64,000 nt of DNA from an uncultured Acidobacteriota bacterium (GCA_963784935.1 CAWATD010000006.1:350572-414571), one strand, 5' to 3'; positions 9,668-19,075 are shown, numbered from the stretch's first letter. The notes: a model not told the origin generated them from the sequence alone. Numbers and translations: made by a program.

Positions 9668-10807
9668 CTACGAGTACAGGGCCGGGATGCGGGCGTCCTC
9701 CAGGCTCGCGGCGGTGCAGCGGTCCTTTCCGTGCTCCTTGGCCCGGTACAGGGCCGTGTCGGCGGCGCGGAGCAGCTCGTTCTTCTGCTGCTCGACGGAG
9801 GCGCCGGGGGTGGCGTGGGTCCGGATGGACGAGAGCCCCAGGGACGCCGTGATCACGCCCTGCAGATTCAAGGCCGGCTCGTTGAAGCCGTAGGGCCGGA
9901 AGAGGAAGGTCGCGGTCCGGATCGCCATGCGGATGGCCTCGCTCACCTCGAGGCCTTCCTGCAGGTTGTGGCCGGGCAGGATCAGGACGAACTCGTCGCC
10001 GCCGTAGCGCGTCAGCGTCGCGCGCTCGTCGGTCACCGTGCGGCGCAGCAGGTAGCCGACCTCCCGCAGGACCTGGCTGCCGGCCAGATGCCCGTGCCGG
10101 TCGTTGACGGCCTTCAGGTTGTCGAGGTCGAGGAAGACGATGCAGCAGTCGCCGCCGTCGCGCGAGATGCGCGAGAGCTCCTGTGTGAGCCTCAAGTGGA
10201 GGTACCGCTCGTTGTAGAGGCCGGTCAAGCCGTCGCGCTTGGCGACTTCGTAGGCGCGGCGCGCGTCGAGCAGGTTCTGGATGGAGATCGAGGCGTAGTC
10301 GGCGAAGATCTCGAGCAGGCGCCGGTCCTTCTCGCGGAAACCGCCGGGCCCCGTGCGGTTGACGAGCTCGAGGACGCCGCACACCGATGACTCGATGCGG
10401 ACCGGCACGCACAGGGCCGATTTCGTCTGGAAGCCGTCGGTCAGATCGAGCGTCGGGTAGAAGAAGGGGTCGTCGACCACGTCGTCGGTCATGTACGCAA
10501 CGCCGGTGGCGTAGACGTGGCCGACGATCCCGACCCTCGCGTTCATGCGTTTGCCGAGCCGGGCCTCGCCGTGGGCGCCGTAGGTCGCTATGAAGACGAG
10601 CTCATTCTCGAGGCGGTCGTCCGAGTTCTTGGTCATCGGGTCGTCGAGGAGGATGGAGCCGGCCTCGGACGGGACGAACTCGTTGGCTTTCTGGAGGATC
10701 TCGCGCAGGAAGCGGTCGATCTCGATCTCGCCCGTGTAGGCGTAGTAAGCCTTGTGCCTCTCGAGGAAGTTCTCGAGTCTGCGGTTTTCGAGAGTGAAGA
10801 CCTGCAA
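9668..10807 (-). CDS. GAF-domain diguanylate cyclase (GGDEF)
   Basis: 379 aa. N-terminal GAF-like region. C-terminal DGLTGLYNERY...FLDLDNLKAVNDRHGH...RYGGDEF. Confidence 0.9.
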   Translation of the reverse strand: MQVFTLENRRLENFLERHKAYYAYTGEIEIDRFLREILQKANEFVPSEAGSILLDDPMTKNSDDRLENELVFIATYGAHGEARLGKRMNARVGIVGHVYATGVAYMTDDVVDDPFFYPTLDLTDGFQTKSALCVPVRIESSVCGVLELVNRTGPGGFREKDRRLLEIFADYASISIQNLLDARRAYEVAKRDGLTGLYNERYLHLRLTQELSRISRDGGDCCIVFLDLDNLKAVNDRHGHLAGSQVLREVGYLLRRTVTDERATLTRYGGDEFVLILPGHNLQEGLEVSEAIRMAIRTATFLFRPYGFNEPALNLQGVITASLGLSSIRTHATPGASVEQQKNELLRAADTALYRAKEHGKDRCTAASLEDARIPALYS

Positions 10808-10879
10808 CAGACCTCCCAGTCCCGCAAAAATTCTACCATCTGATAGCCTCGAGCGCCGTGGCCCCAGTCACGCGATGCC

Positions 10880-11728
10880 ATGCCGCCACAGCATGACCGG
10901 CGGGCCGGCCCGCGACAGGCCGGCATTCCCGCCCGCAAGCGCTGGGGACAGAACTTCCTCGCGAGCCCCGCGACCGCCGAGCGCATCGTGGACGCAGCGC
11001 GCATCGCTCCGGAAGACACCGTGCTCGAGGTCGGTCCGGGCGAGGGGGCCCTCACGCGGCCGCTCGCGGCGCGCGCCCGTTGCGTCGTGGCGGTCGAGAT
11101 CGATCCGCTGCGCGCCGAGGCGCTCGCGGCCGAACTCGGGACCGGGGGCAACGTGCGCCTGTTCCAGGGCGACATCCTCCAGCGGCCGTTTCGCCAGTGG
11201 CTCGCGGGAGCGGGGAAGGGTGTCGGCGACACGGCGCTGCTCGTGGCCAATCTTCCCTACAATGTCGCGACCCCGATCCTCGTGGCCGCCATCGAGGACC
11301 GCGACACCATCCGGCGCTCGGTGGCGACCGTCCAGCGCGAGGTGGCCCGCCGGTTCGTGGCGCGCCCGGGCTCCGACGACTACGGGTTCCTCTCCGTGCG
11401 CGCCGCGGCATACGCGACGGGCCGTATCCTCTTCGACCTGCCGCCGGGCGCCTTCCGCCCGCGGCCCAAAGTCATGTCGAGCGTGCTGGAGCTGACGCCC
11501 CGCGCGGAGCCGCTCGACGCGGAGCTCGTCCGGAGGGCGCTGTGCCTGGCCTCACTCGGGTTCAATGCCCGGCGCAAGACCCTGGCCAACGCCCTGTCGT
11601 CCGCCGCACCCCGCGCGCACTGGGAGCGCGGCCTGGAAGCGCTCGGGAAGACGGCCCGCGCGCGGGCCGAGGAGCTTTCGCTCGAGGACTTCCTCGCCCT
11701 CGCCCGCAACTGGGAGCCGCTCGCGTGA
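10880..11728 (+). CDS. rsmA: 16S rRNA (adenine1518/1519-N6)-dimethyltransferase
   Basis: 282 aa. Contains KRWGQNFL and VLEVGPGEGALT. Confidence 0.9.
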   Translation: MPPQHDRRAGPRQAGIPARKRWGQNFLASPATAERIVDAARIAPEDTVLEVGPGEGALTRPLAARARCVVAVEIDPLRAEALAAELGTGGNVRLFQGDILQRPFRQWLAGAGKGVGDTALLVANLPYNVATPILVAAIEDRDTIRRSVATVQREVARRFVARPGSDDYGFLSVRAAAYATGRILFDLPPGAFRPRPKVMSSVLELTPRAEPLDAELVRRALCLASLGFNARRKTLANALSSAAPRAHWERGLEALGKTARARAEELSLEDFLALARNWEPLA

Positions 11729-13341
11729 ACTCCGGGCCACTCGAGGTCGTCCCGCTCGGCGGCGTCGGCGAATTCGGGCGCAACGTGCTCTGGCTCTCTT
11801 CCGGCGGCTCGAGCATCCTCGTCGATGTCGGGGTCTCGTTTCCCGACGAGAGCTTTCCCGGGATCGATCGCATCGCGCCGGACCTCTCGGTCCTGCGCGG
11901 CGAGCGGATCGACGGCGTCTTCCTGACGCACGGCCACGAAGACCACATCGGCGCCCTGCCGTTCCTGCGCGAGTGGTGCCAGGCGCCCGTTTACGGATTT
12001 CCCTTCACGCTGGCGCTCGCCCGCCGGCGGCTCGAGGAAACCGAGGCGTCCCTCGACCGCCTGATCGAGGCGCGGGGCCGCGAGCCGATCCATGCGGGGG
12101 CCTTCACGGTGACGTTCTTCCGCGTCTCCCACTCCGTGCCCGGCTCGGCGGCCGTGCTCGTCGAGGCGGGCGGCCGCCGCCTTTTCCACTCCGGCGACTT
12201 TAAGCTCGATGACGATCCTCCCGACGGCGAAACGACCGACCGCGAGGGGATCGCGGCCGCGGTCGGCGCGGGCGTGGACCTCGCCCTCGTGGACTCGACC
12301 AACGCGGAGCGGCCGGGCCGGTCCCAGTCCGAGCGCGTGGCGGGCGCCGGACTGCGAGCGGCGTTCGCGGGGGAGCGGGGGCGGATCATCCTGACGACCT
12401 TCTCGAGCCACGTCGCGCGCGTGTCGCAGGCCGCCGAGGAAGCGCTCGCGGCGGGCCGGCGCGTGGCCCTGCTCGGGCGCAGCATGCGCGCGGTCGCGGA
12501 GATCGCGGAACGATTCGGGCGCCTGCGCCTGCCGGCGGGCTCGCGGCCGGCAGCCGCGGACCTGCGGGCGATCCCGCCCGGCCGCCTGCTCTGCGTGGCG
12601 TCCGGAAGCCAGGGCGAACCGTTTTCGGCGCTCTACCGCCTCGCGCTCGGCGAGCACGGGGATCTCGAGCTCGCCGAGGGGGACGTGGTCCTGCTCTCGG
12701 CGCGCACGATTCCGGGCCACGAGCGGTCGGTCAATCGCATGAGCGACCACCTGGTGCGCCGGGGCGCGCGCGTCGTGCGCGAGACCGAGCCGCCGATCCA
12801 CGTCTCCGGGCACGCGCACCGCGACGAGATCGCGGAGTGGATTCGCATGGTCCGGCCCCGCGCGGTCATGCCCGTCCACGGAGACCGCCGCATGCTCGCG
12901 GCCGCGGGCCAGATCGCTGTCGCCGAAGGGGTCGCGCCCGGGCGCGTCCACCTGCTGGACAACGGCGACCGGCTCACGCTCGGGGCCGACCGGGAGACCG
13001 TCGCGCCGAGGTCCGTCGCGTGCGGCGCGGTCTACCTCGACGGCCGTACCGAGACCGTCGGGCCCGAGATCGTGCGCGAGCGGCGCCACCTTGCTGCGGA
13101 AGGCGTCGTGGTCATCCTCGTCCGGGGCGACGAGGTGGACGTCATTTCCCGCGGCGTCGCGGCGGACGAGCGCGAGCTCGCGGGCGAGGTCGCGCGCGCG
13201 GCCCGCGCCGTGCTCGCCCGCGCGAGCGATGAAGAGCGCAGCGACCCCGAGTGGCTGCGCGCGGAGATCGCGATTGCCGCGAAGCGGGCCTGCCGCCGCG
13301 CGCTCGACCTGCGGCCCGTGATCGTGCCGGTGGTCGTCTGA
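11725..13341 (+). CDS. rnj: ribonuclease J (metallo-beta-lactamase / beta-CASP)
   Basis: GTG at 11725 overlaps the rsmA stop (GTGA). Contains PLGGVGEFGRN and the THGHEDHIGALP motif; 538 aa. Confidence 0.9.
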   Translation: MNSGPLEVVPLGGVGEFGRNVLWLSSGGSSILVDVGVSFPDESFPGIDRIAPDLSVLRGERIDGVFLTHGHEDHIGALPFLREWCQAPVYGFPFTLALARRRLEETEASLDRLIEARGREPIHAGAFTVTFFRVSHSVPGSAAVLVEAGGRRLFHSGDFKLDDDPPDGETTDREGIAAAVGAGVDLALVDSTNAERPGRSQSERVAGAGLRAAFAGERGRIILTTFSSHVARVSQAAEEALAAGRRVALLGRSMRAVAEIAERFGRLRLPAGSRPAAADLRAIPPGRLLCVASGSQGEPFSALYRLALGEHGDLELAEGDVVLLSARTIPGHERSVNRMSDHLVRRGARVVRETEPPIHVSGHAHRDEIAEWIRMVRPRAVMPVHGDRRMLAAAGQIAVAEGVAPGRVHLLDNGDRLTLGADRETVAPRSVACGAVYLDGRTETVGPEIVRERRHLAAEGVVVILVRGDEVDVISRGVAADERELAGEVARAARAVLARASDEERSDPEWLRAEIAIAAKRACRRALDLRPVIVPVVV

Positions 13342-13415
13342 CCACGGAGGGGCATCGCGATCGAGTGTGGCCGTCCGCGCACGGGCGCCGGTCCCGCTGG
13401 TGATACGGTAACCGC

Positions 13416-14234
13416 GTGAGCTGGCTCGACGCCATCATCCTCGGAATCATCCAGGGACTGACCGAATTCATCCCCGTTTCCTCCGATGGACACCTTTCCG
13501 CGGCCGAGATGCTGATGCCGCGCTTCGGCCAGGTCGGCCTGCTCTTCGACGTCATGGTGCACATGGGCACCCTGGCGGCAATCGTCATCTACTACCGCAA
13601 GCTCCTCGCGGATGAGGTCGCCGGCCTCGTTTCGCGCGACCTCGCCGAGCGGGCCAGGGCGTGGCGCCTGGCGATGCTGCTGCTCGTCGCGACGATTCCG
13701 ACCGGGATCGTCGGCCTGTTCATGAAGCACTACGTCGAGCAGACCAAGACGAACCCGCAATTCGTCGGGGCCATGGAGATCCTGACCGGCCTCTATCTCG
13801 CGGTGTCGTACTTCCGGCGGGGCGGGACCAAGGACCTCGAGACCATGACCTACCTCGACGCCTTCATCATCGGCGCCGTACAGGGCTTCGCCGTGCTCCC
13901 CGGGCTCTCGAGATCCGCTTCCACGATCGGCTTTGGCCTGATGCTCGGGTTGGCGGCCCGCTGGGCGGCGGACTACACGTTCCTGCTCGCCATACCGGCC
14001 ATCGTCGGCGCGGCGGGTGTCGAGATCATTTCCGCGCTGCGGCACAACGGAGCAGGATTCTTCGCGACGCCCGATTTCGCCCGGTACCTTGTCGGTGCGG
14101 CCGTCGCCGGGATCGTGGGCTACATGACGATCGGGTTCCTGATCCGGATGGTCTCCACCCGGAAGGTCCACTGGTTCGCGCTCTACTGTTTCGTCTTCGG
14201 GCTCGTCCTGATCTTCTTCTTTCCGAAGCCCTAG
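13416..14234 (+). CDS. uppP: undecaprenyl-diphosphate phosphatase
   Basis: 272 aa. N-terminal QGLTEFIPVSSDGHL, polytopic membrane protein. TAG stop lies inside a CTAG at 14231-14234. Confidence 0.9.
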   Translation: MSWLDAIILGIIQGLTEFIPVSSDGHLSAAEMLMPRFGQVGLLFDVMVHMGTLAAIVIYYRKLLADEVAGLVSRDLAERARAWRLAMLLLVATIPTGIVGLFMKHYVEQTKTNPQFVGAMEILTGLYLAVSYFRRGGTKDLETMTYLDAFIIGAVQGFAVLPGLSRSASTIGFGLMLGLAARWAADYTFLLAIPAIVGAAGVEIISALRHNGAGFFATPDFARYLVGAAVAGIVGYMTIGFLIRMVSTRKVHWFALYCFVFGLVLIFFFPKP

Positions 14235-14240
14235 ACCCAA

Positions 14241-14371
14241 CTCGTGTTCCGTCACCGAGGTGTTGATAGCGCCATGCGGCTTCTTGCAACCACCGCGGCC
14301 CTCGCTCCTGGGCCTCCTTGCATCGTTCGAGCGGAGAGATTGGTATCGTGACTTCGGTTACAGGACACTAG
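14241..14371 (+). repeat. copy A of a ~123-nt intergenic element (core 14245-14367), flanked by CTCG / CTAG
   Basis: Aligns by hand over its full length with 45892-46022 and 57489-57620. The first 17 nt pair with the last 17 nt (15/17). It sits exactly between the convergent stops of uppP and the ORF at 14368-14586. Confidence 0.85.
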
Positions 14372-14586
14372 CCGCCGCCGGGGCGGGTGCGGTGAGCATG
14401 GCGCGTGCCGAGGCGGATCGCCCCGTACACGAGCACGCAGCACAGGAAGTCGATGAGCAGGCCCACGTCGAATCCGAACGCCTGGTGCTGGAGCGCCGGC
14501 GGCAGCGACGGGTGCAGGACCGCGAAGTAGATCCCGTTGCCCGCGAGGATGGCGATCAGGTATTCGACCCAGCGGCGCGGCGTCAC
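14368..14586 (-). CDS. small two-TM membrane protein (hypothetical)
   Basis: 72 codons from GTG 14586. Nearly every codon ends in G/C. Two hydrophobic segments (WVEYLIAILAGNGIYFAVL, VGLLIDFLCCVLVYGAI). 10 nt downstream of the preceding gene. Its TAG stop is the CTAG at the right edge of repeat copy A. Confidence 0.55.
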   Translation of the reverse strand: MTPRRWVEYLIAILAGNGIYFAVLHPSLPPALQHQAFGFDVGLLIDFLCCVLVYGAIRLGTRHAHRTRPGGG

Positions 14587-14596
14587 ACCCGGAAAT

Positions 14597-15280
14597 CTAT
14601 CGCTTTTCCGCCGCGCTGCGCGCGAGGGTCTCGGCCAGGTGGCGCTCGGAAAGGGCCCGGCCCTCGACAAGCCCATGCCGCTGGCGGATGGCGATCGCCT
14701 CGCGGAGGGCCTTGCCGCTTTCGCCGAGGTGCGCGACGGCGCGGGTGGGTTCGAGCTCGGCGAGGCGGCGCCAGGCGATGCCGAGGTTGTGGAGCGTGAC
14801 CCCGCGCGCGATCTCTCTCTCCGAGGTGCGCCAGCCGAGGGCCTTCTCGAACAGGGCGACCGCCTCCTCGAGCTCCGCGCTCGTTGTTCCGAGATTCGAA
14901 AGCGCCGTGCCAAAATTGTGCTGGGCTCGCGCGTGCCAGCCGCTTTCCGAATCTCCGGCGAAGTGCGCAAGGGCGACGCCGAACGCCGCGCGCGCCCGCG
15001 GCAGGTCGGCGGCTGGTCCCGGGCTTCCGTAGAAGACCGCGGCGTTGTGGAAGAAACGGGCGCGCTCCTCGGGCGCGCCGAAGAGCAGACCGGGCAGGAG
15101 ATCCCAGAGGTCGTCCGCGAGCGCCCGCGCGCCCTCCGCGTCGCCGCGCTCGCTCAACTCCTCCTGCGCCCGAAACCAGTCGCGATAGGCGCCGACCGGA
15201 TCGGCGCCGAGCGCGCCGCGGAAGTGCCGCACCAGATCGTCCATGGTCCCGTTCACCGAGCGCAACGATATGCCTCGCAT
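14597..15280 (-). CDS. hypothetical helical-repeat (TPR-like) protein
   Basis: 227 aa. Repeating helical A/L/E-rich segments; coding-like frame; no catalytic motif. Confidence 0.6.
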   Translation of the reverse strand: MRGISLRSVNGTMDDLVRHFRGALGADPVGAYRDWFRAQEELSERGDAEGARALADDLWDLLPGLLFGAPEERARFFHNAAVFYGSPGPAADLPRARAAFGVALAHFAGDSESGWHARAQHNFGTALSNLGTTSAELEEAVALFEKALGWRTSEREIARGVTLHNLGIAWRRLAELEPTRAVAHLGESGKALREAIAIRQRHGLVEGRALSERHLAETLARSAAEKR

Positions 15281-15286
15281 GCGCGG

Positions 15287-16009
15287 CTACCTCGAGGCCG
15301 CCGGCGGAGCGGGGAGGGCGAAGTAGATCTTTCCGTGGAGGGGGCTGTACTCGTGCCCGATCAGCAGGCGCTCGGGGCCGACGGTGCTCCCGATGAAAAG
15401 GCGCAGTCCGCGAGCGTCGGGAGGCACCGCGAACGCGAGGGTGGCGGTGTAGGACTCGCCAGGACGCAGCTCTCGATCGAGCGGCGTCGACGGGCTGCCG
15501 TGCGCCTCGTCCCACTTCGCGGCCGCTGCCGCGTCGGGCTCATGGCGGCGTCCGGCCTCGTCCACGAGCCAGATGGTCCTGGGATTCGGGGAGAGGGGCC
15601 CGTTGCCCCGGAAAGGCGCGATCGTGCTCGGGTCGAACCAGGCCCGCACCGTCACGACCCTCGTCGTCGCGTCCGGCGCGGCGGCGGCCGTCACCTCGTA
15701 GGCGATGTGGCAATCCATCTCGCAGAAGTACTTCCGTTCCCCTGGCGCGAGCGTGCGCTCGTGCGAGAGCAGCGCCGCGGCCAGGAGGAGGGTGAAGTAC
15801 ACGACGGCGGCAGAGAGCCCGACGGCGCCGAGTCCCTTCGCCAGCCCGGGGCGCCGGGCGGCCGCGGCGACGCCCGCGCCGATGGCCGCGCAGACGAGCA
15901 GACATGCCGTCCCGAGAAACGCGAGGATGACGAGGGGCGCCAGTTCGGGAACGTAGGCGTCGAGGGCCGCGAAACGCAGAGTACTTTGCATCATGAAGTT
16001 AATCTCCAA
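15287..16009 (-). CDS. membrane-anchored hypothetical protein
   Basis: 240 aa. Two N-terminal TM helices, then a soluble domain containing YFCEMDCHIAYEV. Family not recognised. Confidence 0.6.
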   Translation of the reverse strand: MEINFMMQSTLRFAALDAYVPELAPLVILAFLGTACLLVCAAIGAGVAAAARRPGLAKGLGAVGLSAAVVYFTLLLAAALLSHERTLAPGERKYFCEMDCHIAYEVTAAAAPDATTRVVTVRAWFDPSTIAPFRGNGPLSPNPRTIWLVDEAGRRHEPDAAAAAKWDEAHGSPSTPLDRELRPGESYTATLAFAVPPDARGLRLFIGSTVGPERLLIGHEYSPLHGKIYFALPAPPAASR

Positions 16010-16015
16010 AAAATT

Positions 16016-16378
16016 TTACTTCCCGCGCGCGTGCGCGATCACGGCCTCGAGATGGGACAGGTAGCGCTCCAACGCCCGGCGGCCCTCCACGGTCAGCCGG
16101 AAGGTCGTCTTCGGGACGCGGCCCTCGAACGACTTGGCGCAGGAGACGTAGCCCGCGTCCTCGAGCTTGCGCGCGTGGACCGAGAGGTTCCCGTCGCTCG
16201 CGTCGAGCAGCGACCGCAGCTCCAGGAAGGTCAGCGAAAGGTTCGCGGCCAGCGCGCTGACGATCGCCAGGCGCATCCGCTCGTGGAGCACCCGGTCGAG
16301 CTCCGGCAGCTTGCGCTTCGCAGGCCGGACCAAAGGCCGCGAGGCCGAATCCGGAAGCGCCCTCTTTGCCCTAGCCAC
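16016..16378 (-). CDS. winged-helix transcriptional regulator (ArsR-like small wHTH)
   Basis: GTG 16378, with an 8-nt overlap onto the upstream gene. LDRVLHERMRLAIVSAL...FLELRSLLDASDGNLSVHARKLEDAGYV is typical of this small regulator family. Confidence 0.75.
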   Translation of the reverse strand: MARAKRALPDSASRPLVRPAKRKLPELDRVLHERMRLAIVSALAANLSLTFLELRSLLDASDGNLSVHARKLEDAGYVSCAKSFEGRVPKTTFRLTVEGRRALERYLSHLEAVIAHARGK

Positions 16379-16982
16379 CGTGCCTCCGCGCGATCGCGAT
16401 GCCGAAGGCGATGTGCAGCGCGCCGAAGCCGGCCGCGAGGTAGGCGGTTCCCCATGCGGCGGGGGAGGAGAGGGCGGCGCAGCCGAGGAGCATGAACAGC
16501 GCGCCCATGACGAGCACGAGGCGGATGGCATGGGCGCCTCCCGTGACGACGGCCGTGCCGTAGAGCAGGAGCCAGATTCCGGGCAGCAGCGGCACGAGGC
16601 CCGCCCGTTCGAGGGCGAGTGTCATCACGGCGCCGGCGCCGAGCGGAGGCAGGAGCATGAGCAGGAAGCGGCGGCCCGGGCCCGAGAAGAGATCGGTGTG
16701 CGAGCGGCGGGCCTTGCGGGCCATCGCCGCGATGCCGATCACGACGGCGGCGCAGGCCGCGGCGACCCAGATCCCGAGCCACCGCTCCTGGGTCCTCGCG
16801 CCGAGCGACAGCCCGGCCGCGACCAGGGCCACGGCGCCCATCGCCACGCCGCCGGCGCCCGGGACCGCGGTGAACGTGGAGGCGCGCTCCATCGTGTCGC
16901 GGATGAAGCGAATCTGGTCCTCGGCGCGAGGCGCGAAGGGGAGCACGGGTGGAGTATCGGGCGACGGTCGCCCCACTGTCAA
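16371..16982 (-). CDS. polytopic membrane protein (hypothetical)
   Basis: 203 aa with 5-6 predicted TM helices. First gene of a tight same-strand five-gene block. Confidence 0.65.
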   Translation of the reverse strand: MTVGRPSPDTPPVLPFAPRAEDQIRFIRDTMERASTFTAVPGAGGVAMGAVALVAAGLSLGARTQERWLGIWVAAACAAVVIGIAAMARKARRSHTDLFSGPGRRFLLMLLPPLGAGAVMTLALERAGLVPLLPGIWLLLYGTAVVTGGAHAIRLVLVMGALFMLLGCAALSSPAAWGTAYLAAGFGALHIAFGIAIARRHGG

Positions 16983-17001
16983 GTACTTTGTGACATAAAG
17001 T

Positions 17002-18030
17002 TCATGGGCCGTCGAAGAGGCCCTTCTGCGCCGGGGCGGGCCGGCGGAAGGTGCTCGTGCGGGGCGGCGCGTCCTCGCCGCGGTTGAACCCGAGGCGGCG
17101 GCACTCGACCGCGAAGAGACCCTCGATCGCCTGCCAGCGCGGCCCGACGCCCTCCATGCGGGCGCCGAAGCGGCTCTCGTTGCGTTTTCCCCCGCGGGTC
17201 TGTTCGAGGTTCGAGAAGACGCGCGCGGCCCGGTCGGGGAAGGCCTGGGCGAGCCGTTGCTCGAAGACCGGTCGCGTCTCGGCGGGCAGGCGCAGCAGGG
17301 TGATGAAGGCCTTCACCGCGCCCGCCCCGCGCGCCCGCGCCAGGATCCTCGGGATGTCGCTGTCGTTCAACCCGGGAATGATCGGGGCGAGGGCGACGCC
17401 CGTCCGGATGCCCGCCGCCGAGAGGAGCGCGATCGTTTCGAGCCGCTGCGAGGGCGTCGCGACGTTGGGCTCGAGGGCCCGCGCGGCGCGGTCGTCGGCG
17501 AAGGGGACGCTCACGTACACGGTGGCCTGCGCCTCCCGCGCGAGGGCCGAAAGCACGTCGACGTCCCGCCGCACCAGGGCCCCCTTGGTCACGATGCCGA
17601 CGGGATTGCGAAAGTCGCGGCAGATCTCGAGGCAGCGCCGCGTCAACCCGTAGACCGCCTCGGTCGGCTGGTAACAGTCGGTCACGCCCGAGAAGACGAT
17701 GGTCTCGCCCTTCCACGACTTGCGCGAGAGTTCCCGCCGCAGCAGCTCCGGCGCGTTGACCTTCGCCACGATCTTGCGGTCGAAGTCCGTGCCCGCGCCC
17801 CAGCCGAGGTACTGGTGCGTGGGGCGGGCGTAGCAGTACGCACACGCGTGGAAACATCCGCGGTACGGGTTGACGCTGTAGCGAAATCCGACGTCCGGGC
17901 TCTCGTTCTCGGCGATGATCGAGCGCGCTTCTTCCTCGAAGACTTCGAGCTCGGCGGCGGGCGGCTCTCCGAGGTACTCGGCGTGCACCGACTGCCAGGG
18001 GTTCGGGGGGTTCGAGACCGGGCGGGGCAT
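17002..18030 (-). CDS. PA0069-family radical SAM protein
   Basis: Start MPRPVSNPPNPW (the track ORF starts 14 codons earlier, at 18072). Radical SAM cluster motif CFHACAYCY. Confidence 0.85.
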   Translation of the reverse strand: MPRPVSNPPNPWQSVHAEYLGEPPAAELEVFEEEARSIIAENESPDVGFRYSVNPYRGCFHACAYCYARPTHQYLGWGAGTDFDRKIVAKVNAPELLRRELSRKSWKGETIVFSGVTDCYQPTEAVYGLTRRCLEICRDFRNPVGIVTKGALVRRDVDVLSALAREAQATVYVSVPFADDRAARALEPNVATPSQRLETIALLSAAGIRTGVALAPIIPGLNDSDIPRILARARGAGAVKAFITLLRLPAETRPVFEQRLAQAFPDRAARVFSNLEQTRGGKRNESRFGARMEGVGPRWQAIEGLFAVECRRLGFNRGEDAPPRTSTFRRPAPAQKGLFDGP

Positions 18031-18070
18031 CCGTCCAGAGTATAGAGTCCGGGGCCAGAACGGAGGCCTC

Positions 18071-19066
18071 ATGCGAAGGGCGATTTGCGGCGCGATCCTC
18101 CTCGTTGCCGCGGCCGTCGGAGCGGCTCAGCCGAAGGCCACGCCGACGCCGGATCACCACGCACGCAAGGCCGAAGACATCTTCCGGCTCAAGCCGCTTT
18201 CCGGAGGCGTCTACGCTCTCTACGGCCGCGGGGGCAACGTCGGGTTCTTCGTCGGGCCGGATGCCGTCGTCGTGGTGGATTCGCAGTTCAAGGACATCGC
18301 GCCGGGCATCGTGCGAGAGATCCGGAGCGTGACGGACCGGCCCATTCAGTATCTCGTCAATACCCACCACCACGGCGATCACACCGGCGGCAACGAGGTT
18401 TTCCGGCAGTTCGCGGTCATCATCGCGCAGGACAACGTCCGCAAGCGGATGCTCGCTTCGCCGGCCGACATCCTGGAGTACTACCCGGGCTACCTCGAAG
18501 AGGCGAAGAAGAAGAACGACGCCGAGGACATCCAGTCTCTGGAGAACGCGATCGCCTGGGCGAAGAAGGTCAAGGTCGAAGAGATCGCGGCGCCCGTGAT
18601 GACCTTCGATTCGGAGCTGCGCATCCACGCCGGAGGCGAGACGATCGGGATCTGGCACACGCCGCCCGCGCACACCGACGGCGACAGCGTCGTCTATTTC
18701 GAGAAGGCGAATGTCCTGCACATGGGCGACCTCTTCTTCCACCGCGTCGTCCCGTTCATCGACACGAAGCACGGCGGATCGGTGAAGGGATACCTCGCGG
18801 CGATCGACGGGGTGATCGCGCGCGTACCGGCGAGCGTCGTGATCATTCCGGGCCACGGAGAAGTGACCGACCTGGCGGGTCTGAAGGCGTTTCGTCAGTT
18901 CATCGCGGACGTCCTGGCGGCCGCCGAGGCTGCGAAGGCGGCGGGGAAGTCAAAGGAGCAGTTTCTTGCCGGCGTGAGCCTGCCGGCGTACAAGGACTAC
19001 GACGGCTACGCGGATCGATTCCAGGAGACGTGCGCAGCGGCTTACGACGCGGTCTCCGTCCGGTAG
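18071..19066 (+). CDS. exported MBL-fold metallo-hydrolase
   Basis: Start MRRAICGAILLVAAAVGAAQ (signal peptide). HxHxDH motif THHHGDHTGG. Confidence 0.85.
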   Translation: MRRAICGAILLVAAAVGAAQPKATPTPDHHARKAEDIFRLKPLSGGVYALYGRGGNVGFFVGPDAVVVVDSQFKDIAPGIVREIRSVTDRPIQYLVNTHHHGDHTGGNEVFRQFAVIIAQDNVRKRMLASPADILEYYPGYLEEAKKKNDAEDIQSLENAIAWAKKVKVEEIAAPVMTFDSELRIHAGGETIGIWHTPPAHTDGDSVVYFEKANVLHMGDLFFHRVVPFIDTKHGGSVKGYLAAIDGVIARVPASVVIIPGHGEVTDLAGLKAFRQFIADVLAAAEAAKAAGKSKEQFLAGVSLPAYKDYDGYADRFQETCAAAYDAVSVR

Positions 19067-19075
19067 GCCCGCGCC

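Noticed and set aside
14274-14351. 25-codon ORF inside the repeat (MRLLATTAALAPGPPCIVRAERLVS in copy A; a similar one in copy B at about 45925-46002)
   Set aside because: Differences between A and B are mostly non-synonymous (A/T, T/P, A/V, P/R, P/S, V/F, V/A). Copy C has GTG instead of ATG and a 1-nt insertion that changes the frame. There is no RBS. This is not a conserved peptide.
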